DNA of 44,516 bases, filler included, from Jimgerdemannia flammicorona (Eukaryota): assembly GCA_003990765.1 (NCBI GenBank). It is 2 parts of 2 records of this genome, joined end to end, with 100 filler letters (N's around TTAATTAATTAA, not from the genome) between each part and the next. Parts side by side here need not be neighbours in the genome. Positions count along the whole stretch, not along the records: positions 22,314 to 44,516 come from RBNJ01001319.1; 1 more part is not named here. One strand, given 5' to 3'. The notes beneath the pieces are model-generated. The model ran no database searches, had not been told where the DNA came from, and saw only the letters and a list, made by a program, of their open reading frames with translations. Both the position numbers and the translations under genes were made by a program. This document shows, piece after piece, positions 35,511 through 44,516 of this stretch. Every line of letters starts with the position of its first letter. The first letter of the stretch is position 1.

Positions 35511-35859
35511 AGAAGTACTGCTAGATATAGAAGAAGGAGATAAAGAAGATACAGAAGTCTTCATACACTCAGTGTATATATAAGAATAAGAGCAAGACAC
35601 CTAAGCTCACAGATGAGCAATAGTACAATAAGATTATTAATAACTATACTCCTCAAGAAAGATGCCCCCATGGTACTAGAATGTACTGCTCTAAACACCT
35701 GAATAACTGCTGGTCCTGTATCAGTGAAGTCAGAAAAATCTGCCAACAAAAGTATGAACAAGAAGCTGCTAAAGCAAAAAGGAAAGCCAAAGAAGATGAT
35801 CAGCTCTCAGAGCTTCAAGCTGATACTAAAGATAAGAAGGAACAAGAATCAGGCATCAC

Positions 35860-36226
35860 CCTCAAGGTCAAGAAGTTTCATCCCAAAGCCAAGATCCCAG
35901 AATACAAAACTGAAGAAGCTATAAGAATGGACCTTGTCAGTATTCAAAATGCTATCCTTGAACTACAGACCACTACTCTACTTAGTATTGAAATTGAAGT
36001 CAAGTTGCTAGAGAACTATACTAGAATTATCAAGACCAGGAGCAGTCTGGCCAAAAGTAAAATCTCAGTTGAAAGAGAAGTAATTGACCCTGATTATACT
36101 GGTGAGATCTTCCTTATAGTCAGGAATCACAACCCCACTACCCCATTGAAAGTTAAGAAGCATAACAGAATTGACCAGATACTGATCCATGAAGTCAAGA
36201 AGCTCAAGATCACTGAAGCCATTTAA
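35860..36226 (+). pseudogene. Trimeric-type dUTPase domain
   Basis: Motif I (AIRMDL), II (TRSSLA), III (VIDPDYTGEI) and IV (NRIDQILI). Motif V was not seen. Confidence 0.9.
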
Positions 36227-36459
36227 TTCATCAAGACTAAGAGAGGAGAATAAGACTTTGAATTTACTAGAAGAGGAGCCTATACTATCACTAAGATTAC
36301 CAAACTCAAGCACAAGAAAGACAAGAACCAGAATAAGTACATATATACTATTGGAGAAAACTTTCCCCTAGAGGAATAATTTCTCAAGATCCTGCACCAG
36401 AATAAAGGAATACTTGCTATAGACTTCAGGGACATCCACAATCAAGAACCCAAGTACTA

Positions 36460-37754
36460 CTATGAAGTTGATACTGACAATACCAAGCCTATCTATCAGA
36501 AAGCCAGACCCATACCACCTATCTACAGAGAATAGCTGTGAGCAAAACTCAAGGAAATGGAAGAAGCTAGAATCATCAAGCAAGCTATCAGCCTCTGGGC
36601 TTCACCCATTATCCTTGCTCCAAAGAAAGGAAGCAAGCCTGGAGAGTTTGCTCCAAGACTCTGTATTGATTACAGAAAGCTCAATACAATCACTAAAAAG
36701 AATAGGCAGCCTTTACCAAATATTCAAGAAATTCTTACCACTTAGCAAAGTCAAATACTACACTACCTTAAATCTGTTCTCAGGCTTCCATCAGATTGGT
36801 CTCACTCAAGATGCCAGTGAGAAGTCAGCCTTCATCACACCTAATACCACCTATGTCTACCTGCAAATACCATTTAGAATGTGCAATACCCCAGTAAGTT
36901 TTTAGTGAATAATAAACAGAGTCTTCAGCAATGAGATTGAAAAATAGCTCTTTGTCTATATCAATGATGTGATTACCTTCAGTAATACTGTATGAGAATA
37001 TGTCAACTATATATAGCTAGCTCTCAAGAAGCTCAAGGAATATGGCCTCTATATCAAGTCTAAGAAGTACAAGTTTATAACTCAGAAAATCACCTACCTA
37101 GGACACATCATCAACCAGACTGGAATTCATACAGACTCCATGAAGATTGAGGCTATTGTAGCCTACCCAAGACCCAGAACAACTATAGAAGTCCATGCCT
37201 TTCTTGGACTGGTCTCCTACTATAGAAGATTTATCAAAGGATACTCTAATATTACAGTATCTATCTATGAGCTACTGAAGAAGGAGACCAAATTTGAATG
37301 AACCAAGGAATGTCAAGAAATCTTCAATGAACTCAAGACCAGATTGACCCAAGCACTCATTCTTAAAAGACCAGATTGGAACCTAGAGTTCATCCTGTAG
37401 ACAGATATAAGCACTATAGGACTTGGAGCAGTCTTAGCTCAGAAGAAAGATGGACATAAATATATCATCTCCTATATAAGCTGAGGCACTCATGGAGTAG
37501 AACAGAACTATGAGTCATACAAGCTTGAATACTTAGCAGTAGTTTGGGTAGTAGATAAGTTCCACTACTACCTAGCCAAGAAATACTTCACTATTCAAAT
37601 AGACTATCCTGCTCTCACCTGGCTATTCTACACTCTGAACTCCAAAGAAATATATGCTAGATAGATCTACAGACTGTAAGAGTATAACTATACTATTAAG
37701 CACTGCTTAGGAAGAACCAATGCAAATGCTGATGCACTCTCAAGGATACTCTGA
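36460..37754 (+). pseudogene. Reverse transcriptase - RNase H
   Basis: WASPIILAPKK...RLCIDYRKLN, LNLFSGFHQI, VYINDV (YIDD>YIND), GLGAVLAQ, KFHYYL, ANADALSR. Confidence 0.95.
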
Positions 37755-37779
37755 AATACCCCCATAAAGACTATTCAAT

Positions 37780-38976
37780 AAGAATAAGGAGCTATACTAT
37801 GAATTAATCAGCTGTCTTGGGCAGTAGAAGATGCCTAACCATCTTGAACCCTAGACTATCACTATCATTAACCAGACTTGGAAACAATTTGAACTAGACA
37901 ATACCACACTCAGAAAAGGAGGAAAGCTTATAATACCTGAACACAAGAAGTATCAAGTAATGAAGAAAGTATACAAACAAGGATACCTAGGAAGAACCAA
38001 CATATATGACAAAGCAAGAAGAACCATATAGTGACCCAAGATGGAAGAAGACCTATGCCAATTTGTCAAAAGGTGTAATAAGTACTAAAAACAGAAATAA
38101 GATCAGTAAGACCAGGTACCCAGGTCATCAAGAATTGAGCTGATCCCCTTCTACCACATTGTGATAGATATCATTGGACTGCTACTAGTAATATTATCAG
38201 AAAACTGCTATATTATAGTTATCATAGACCTCTTTACCAAATAGATAGAAGCAGGAGTATTACAAGAAGTCAATGCTCTCTCTATAGCCAACTTCCTGCA
38301 CTGAGAAATCATTTACTACTACAAGACACCAAAGCAAATCACTACAGATTATGGTACAGAATTTGTCAATAGATTCTATAAGATAATATATCAGAAATAT
38401 AAGATTCAGTATATCAAGACCACTGTGTACCACTCTCAAGGAAATGGACAGACAGAAAGAACAAACAAGACTCTTAAGAACATCCTGGCAAAGATCTCAG
38501 ACATGTATGACAATTGAGATAACTACCTCTCAACTACTCTCTCTGTCCTATGAGACATATGGTCATAGAGTATATACTTTACCCCAAGAGAACTGCTCTT
38601 CAGAGAAGAAGATTCTAATGGAACCTCAGCTACAAACCTAGATCTAACTTAGAGATGAATTGACTCAGAAATCCAGAGACTGTACCAAATCAAGAAGAAG
38701 GCTAAAGATTATATCATCAAGTTACAAGTGCTGACAAGGAAGAATGTAGAAAAGAATTACAAGACCCTAGAACCCATCTAAATCAGAGAAAAGATTCTAC
38801 TGTATCAGAATATATTAGAAGTCTCATGGTTGTGAAAACTGAAGCTAAAATAGGAAGGACCCTTCTATATATAAAATATTAAGAGAATTATCTTCTGGCT
38901 TAGAAAACTCTCAGAAATCATACTGCCTACTATGATACATAAGAACAGACTCAAGAAGTACCATGAATCTATATAA
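37780..38976 (+). pseudogene. Integrase (HHCC, DDE core, GPF); no chromodomain seen
   Basis: Collinear with the integrase of A: YDKARRTI, TDYGTEFVN, TTVYHSQGNGQTERTNKTLK, EGPFY, NRLKKYH. Confidence 0.93.
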
Positions 38977-39330
38977 GAGAAGCAAAATATGATGATCACC
39001 TATGAGGTTCTAGTTCATGAATCATAACAGCATATCTTGTAACTAGCAGGCAATCTGTCTAGACCATTCTCTAAGAGATACAACACCAGTAACTACTCAT
39101 CTGTGAGACTTTCAAAGCCAGAGGAGTTCAAACTATCAATTGATTGATCAAGATCAGAATCAGGCCCTTGCTCTATATGAAGAGAGTGACTCTTCACTAT
39201 TATACCAAAATGTATAAAGAAGATGCTAGCTCATAAATACCACTTTTTGACCCCCTTAGAACCAGCAAATGTTTCAGACTGGACTAATGAATAAGGATGG
39301 TTAAGAGAAGATCCTTATTTAAGAGAAAGA

Positions 39331-40858
39331 TATAACAGTGACCTCAGAATAATAATATCATCATAGGAGATAGTCTTTTCTTGCAAGTCACTAGATTGGA
39401 GTACAAGAAGATTATATAGCATAACTCACCCAAGCTACAAGATGAGCAATGATGATTAACCATGAGTCATCATGACTATAAGATAGATATCTTGAGGAAT
39501 ATAAAAGAAGGATCAAGAAACTACAGTAGCTGCAATCCAAAATAAAAAAATATCTGCTGCTTGCCAAACCTCAAGGTTCAGGAATCACCAAGGTCTCTCA
39601 GTCTAGGAAAGGATGTTCCAAGACATCAGAAGAGCTATGAGGACTCATATAAGAAGGACTTCTAGCCTCAATCTGGGTACTAGTAACTCTTATCATTATA
39701 TTCTCTACTGCTATAAAATGGAAACAAGGATTACTATTGCTACTGAATGTCTCTGAATGTAGCAGGAGTATAAAATAGGAAACCTCCTCTGCTGGGAATT
39801 CCCTCAGATCAGTCTCCAAGAGATTCAAGATGCTACCCCCATAAATGTATGTAAAATAAGAATAGCCAAGAAGATTTATCAGGTCTTCAGGCATGTACCA
39901 TAGTCAATCCCTAACTTGGAGTATACTAGGATCTCAGACTTCAAGAAACTATCAGCTCACTATATCAATATACTAGAGGCCATAGTGGCCACAGAAGTCC
40001 AGTCCACTATTACTCTCAATAGTAATGAAGTAGAAGAGTTCTGGTATCTCATCTTTCAGGACAATCCAGATCAATTCATACAAGGATTGATCTCAGCATT
40101 CCAAGGCCCCAGCATCTAGGTTAGACATCCTCAAGATCCCACATTTGTTCCTTATTTTATAGAAGAGAATATTATAGATTGGAGAGCCCCTGCCACCACC
40201 AAACATGATAATGTCATTAGCAATGATGTCATCCTGCATAATATATATGAGATGTATGAAGTACATGAAACAGATGAAATGTTTATGAACCTCATTTCCT
40301 TTGAGGATATTCTGACCTCTGGCAGTAACAAAGATGAAGCCTCCATAGTCCTGAACATTCTGCTCTAAGTTCTTAGTAACACTGAAATCTTCTGGCATCC
40401 TTTTTCTGTATAACTGAATTCTACCAGCATTCTTTTTCTGTAACACCTGAATCTTCAAGCACTCTTTTTCTGTACCACCAAAATCTACTGATATCCTGAA
40501 CTTATACAACTATTTATACAGACACCTTACAACTGTAGTTTTCTGTGTTCCAGTATTTTATTTGGTTATTGGAATTTATATTTAGCTTTATAACTTAGAA
40601 ACCATTGAATTATATTTTGTATAAATACCCCTCTTATTTCCTTTGAAATAAAGTCAGTTCCAATTCACTTACACTCAATTCCATGCAAGCAATCTAAGAG
40701 ATAACAAGACAGTTTAAAGATAAGAAGTTTGAGGACTATAAGACCTTGGGAAGGCACTCTAATAAGAACTTGCTTATAACAAACTTGTGGTTAGTCTAAG
40801 AGATATACCTTGAAGAGAATCTGACATATTTGAAGGACTCAGCGACCACTACGTGATA
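39331..40858 (+). repeat. 3' LTR of element B (1528 bp)
   Basis: TATAACAGTG...ACGTGATA (termini TG>TA and CA>TA). Follows the PPT. Carries segments at ~40390-40480 and ~40750-40808 that are absent from the 5' LTR. Confidence 0.93.
39550..40500 (+). pseudogene. Accessory ORF inside the LTR of element B (second copy at ~32494-33340)
   Basis: A single frame of roughly 270-310 codons whose stops are TAG/TAA/TGA, several of them sense in the other LTR. TATAAAAG lies ~50 bp upstream (~39500; ~32411). Homologous to ORF3 of A. Confidence 0.75.
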
Positions 40859-43800
40859 ATATACACGAAAGATTACAAAATTACTGTGAACAAGATAAAC
40901 GTCACAATAGCCAAGCTGCGCGGCGAGTTGAAGATCAAGACGAAATCGATAGACGAACTGATAGCTAAACTCGAAAACGCAAAGGCCGCGGGCAACCAAA
41001 TACAGCAATCAATTGATGTGAAGGCGACTCAACTCAAAGCGCTGATAGCGGAAATAGACCCGTAACAGAGTCACAAGAATTGTCACGATCGCTGGACTGC
41101 CAAGTATAGGCAGACGGTGCATGATATCAGGGATGAGGTCGAGCGGCTGCGCAACAAACCGGGTGCCATTGTTATGAATGAGAACGCGGTGTTTCGGATG
41201 CATGAATTGGAAAAGGCCGTTGAAACAAGTGTGAAATAAATTGTAGAGCTTAAGGCCATGATGGCGGAGGTGGTCAAAGAAAAGCAAGTTCTTGAGAGGG
41301 ACATAGCTCAACTTGAGAAATCGGTGTAGGGTGAGGGTAAGAAGATAATCGAAGTGAGCGAGAAGCTGTTGGAAGCCGAGCAGGTAGTCGCTGTCAAGGT
41401 CGAGATGGATGCGGCGTTGGTGTTTGGGGTAGATTGATTGAAACATACCAAGCAGGAATTGCAGAGCAGACTTTGGGGAAAACTGTCAATAGAAAATAGG
41501 GGCGAGCTGGGCTTATAGTAATATGAACAAATGTGTGGCTCTTCGATTGCCTCATGCAAGGGGAACGGCCACATGTCCATTGTACACGTCGTCAAAAGGG
41601 ATTTCATTAATACATTTCCTGTATAGTTATATACAAGGTTTAAACATTCCGTGGCAGCTGATTGAATACCAGGGAAACGGCGTCGCAATAAGTGTTGTGT
41701 GACATAATTACTATAAGGTAGCTCGAAATTGCTTACTGCACAATAACATCAACCGTTCTCGATATGATAGTTGTGTCTATCGAAACAATGCCTTTACGTG
41801 TCAAATATTTTGCACTTTAAGGTATTCTAAGCCACCTATTCGTTTTCAACTTGGATGATTGTGACGGCACCTAACAGTTTTATATATGCGCTTAGCAATG
41901 TGGGAAGATCGTTATCTCAAATCCCGACATGGAAGAGGTTGAGACCAATTTTCCCGTGACCTTAATGTGTTCATTAGTCGGAGGGGAAAAAAAAAAGTCC
42001 TCGATGGCAGACTTTTGCGATCTGTAATTCACGAGTTTCAATAATACTAGAGCACACGTTTGACTTGCAGCGTCCTGCCGGAAACTTTCAGCCAATAAAA
42101 GTTTAACAATTTTAACCTGAATTTTGGTACGCGTCCTTGATGCCGCATGTACGATGGGCATGAGAAGACTCAGCACATAGAAAAGGTCAAGCATTAGTGA
42201 AGGTACACATACTGTAGTCTACTCTGCATCCAAGATTCACAGCGAAACTTGCAGTTTTATGAGTTTCTGGCGACATTGTTTTCTGTTTGGAATAGGGCAA
42301 ATAAATGGAGCACAAGAAAATAAAAATAATGCCAATATCTGGTTTTTTTTGGATCGCGCTGATATATAGTTATGTAGAGTGGTTGTCATTCACCAAATTA
42401 TGGTTCTCTATCAATCGAGTCCCTCACGACAGGTTCATTGTACCGCTAGAATCCATATGTGTATGCGTATATACGTGTTTGTTTCGATTCCCGGCACGGG
42501 ACCTGTCCGCAGCCGATTCGGGCGTTATTTTCATGGTTTATGAGATTAAATATATGCAATCGATTGGCAACTGGATGGTTTTTTTTTTTTTTTTTTTTTT
42601 TTGTCCTGAACTGACCCGAAATGCAACTGTGAAGTTCAGTTGACCATACTGTATTTACAATTAATGCACCGAGAATTTAGCAGTGCATAACCGCATTTGT
42701 GGCCTTCCTTACCTATTTTTAGAGCAAAAATGCACTCGGTAGCGAAGTGCCAGTGAAGGCGAAAGTTAATAAAATAATAAAATTAATCATTAATTCACAG
42801 CGAATGAGCCCGCTTTCATTTATTGAATAGAGTTGCGCGTTGTCTGTCAAGTTATCGGTGGTAACTGACTAGAAGATGGACTCAGGAACGTTCCCTTCAT
42901 TTATTAGGATCTGTCGTCACTTTTTCTGTGAACGATGAGAAAGTTTGCGGTTCGAGGAACAAATTAGCAATAAACTAATCAGCCAGCTACCCGGAGGATG
43001 GCATATGACGGTAAATTAATGAGATGGTAGCATAACGACCTGAAAACTCGAACAAGTTCAATATTTTATACTGCTGCAGTAACGTAAAAGTGCGAGGATA
43101 TGTTATAGATTCGATTTTGTGTCTATGTCCTATAGTTTAACATTATCACGTCAAATTCTTCGATATTGATATACGACTCCACGGCTCCTTGGTATCATAG
43201 TCGTGACGGTGAACTCCCACATTTATGACTCCGAACGAGGTAAGAAAATTATTATATTGTGGCACATAAGGTACTAAGTGCAAAAATGAAGGAAACTGGA
43301 GATGCCAAACATTATAGAAGGCATCTGGACTTCAAACCGTAGATCGAATGTCCTCTCATGCCCTAACGTGTTTTTCTATGGGAATATGCAAACATAATGG
43401 AATTTAGGAGAATGATAATGGGAAGTTCTTTTGGTCCGTACTAACATGTCACTGCTATGAACTATATATACATGTCGGACAATACGGTGAAGGTACAAGA
43501 ATAGGTGAGTTCTAAGGCCGCATATTTTTGGTTTGCTGTCAATACTCATTGCGTCTACCAAAACAACTACTGACATAAAACTTTATCCCTTGAGTTGGCT
43601 CGACGTAATTAAATTCATTTGTCGCGTGAATAAGTTGTCTTGGAAACATACTCTAGCTTAGCTCGGTTGAGCGAGTTAAATTAAAGGTGAGAAAATGACT
43701 CCGTTCGAAGAGGAAGCTCCTTGTTGATTGGTGATATCTGTCGTAATCGCCCTCCTCTTTTGTGCTGAAATCGCTTAGCCACGACCCTTAAATAATTGGT

Positions 43801-44114
43801 ATTTGCCGAGCGCGAAAAGAGTACTCGAAGGGGGGTTTTTTTTTTTTTTTTTTTTCTTATTGGAATTTTGTTCAATGAGGATACAGGGTTTATTAATACA
43901 ACTTCGAAGAATCTTGGCCGGGTACACTTGCACCTTGATTACTAGAGCTAGTTAATCATTCATGCGTGTACAGTTATGGAATGTTTGATGCAATGTTCTT
44001 GGAATACAACATCACAATCTGTATTCGAGGTAATGATAGTGTTATGTTTTAAAACATAATTAAGTCAGGAAGACAAATGAAAACGTGGGCAATCCCCGGT
44101 TTATTACAAATCCC

Positions 44115-44174
44115 CCGTTCGGCGCACCGTTCGGTGAACCGTTCGGTGAAACGTTCGGCATACCGTTCGGCGGT
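44115..44174. repeat. 12-bp tandem array x5 with core CCGTTCGG
   Basis: CCGTTCGGCGCA CCGTTCGGTGAA CCGTTCGGTGAA ACGTTCGGCATA CCGTTCGGCGGT. Confidence 0.9.
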
Positions 44175-44351
44175 TAACTCGCTATTACGTCGAGGGGGGA
44201 CACGGATATCAGTAAGCACATGGCAAGTTTCCCATGGCTCAGGGACCGTAAGCTCCTGGACTGCTCTCGTCAGAATAAATTAGCAATGCATTTTGGCCTT
44301 TCCCCCCCTGGGAAAAAAAAAAAAAAAAAAAAACTTAAACACAAAACGGAG

Positions 44352-44389
44352 CAACAAACAAACAAACAAACAAACAAACAAATAAACAA
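44352..44389. repeat. (CAAA)n microsatellite
   Basis: Direct observation. Confidence 0.9.
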
Positions 44390-44516
44390 TTTTTTTCAAG
44401 GCTATAGCGTCGAAATTTCATCATTTGGCTTGAAAAGAATTTGGCCAAAGTAATTATGATTCTAATAGTTATAAATGGCCGTTCCATGTCGATTTTTTTT
44501 TTTTTTTTTTTTTTTT

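Larger units (their letters stand above)
32242..40858 (+). mobile_element. Full-length decayed Ty3/Gypsy LTR retrotransposon B with dUTPase
   Basis: Paired LTRs and a 4-bp TSD ATAT (32238-32241 / 40859-40862). PBS TGGTACTTATTAGC at 33651 and PPT AAGAGAAAGA at 39321-39330. Domain order gag-CCHC-PR-dUTPase-RT-RH-IN. Confidence 0.97.
30965..41500 (+). pseudogene. Long coiled-coil protein pseudogene (~30965-32241 + 40863-~41500) interrupted by element B
   Basis: Heptad-rich fragments (AEVEERDTAIGKLKAQISELQEE; EAKITELEAEKK; TIAKLRGELKIKTKSIDELIAKLE) lie on both sides of the LTR element. Multiple stops and frameshifts. Confidence 0.6.

Noticed and set aside
38962..39350. Possible ORF after integrase in element B (ATG overlapping the IN end, as in A)
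   Set aside because: About 11 stops in ~125 codons, no second copy for complementation, and no similarity to ORF3. It cannot be distinguished from non-coding sequence.
41705..41735. TAAGGTAGC resembling an LSU rRNA / R2 target motif
   Set aside because: Only ~9 nt match, with no flanking rRNA similarity.
41892..44453. Scattered 60-110 aa ORFs
   Set aside because: No motifs or coding-like composition, and several rely on homopolymer runs. Treated as intergenic.

Overview
Eukaryotic, fungal-type DNA with short GT-AG introns and long poly-A/T runs. The transposon proteins resemble Mucoromycota/Glomeromycota families; this is an inference, not a determination. A synthetic 100-bp linker (N44-TTAATTAATTAA-N44, 22214-22313) joins two contigs whose adjacency is not guaranteed. 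About half the window is hypermutated (C>T/G>A) transposon sequence. It includes a complete 4.5-kb hAT element (TIRs plus 8-bp TSD) nested in the 5' LTR of a relic Ty3/Gypsy element (C), the end of a second hAT-like element, a 94-bp hAT MITE, the 3' half of a minus-strand Gypsy (A), and a full-length 8.6-kb dUTPase-bearing Gypsy (B) with ~1.4-1.5 kb LTRs. The most interesting observation is the multi-ORF layout of this Gypsy lineage. Integrase sits in a separate +1 frame after an RNase H stop, with identical spacing in A and B. A homologous accessory ORF of unknown function lies between integrase and the LTR in A, but is embedded with its own TATA inside both LTRs of B. Host-like content: an intact F-box-like gene with an inverted pseudogene paralog and scrambled LRR modules, an intact STPR/Zn-finger ORF probably derived from a Helitron, a 3-exon 7-TM membrane protein gene, and a coiled-coil pseudogene with an inverted duplication, split by element B.
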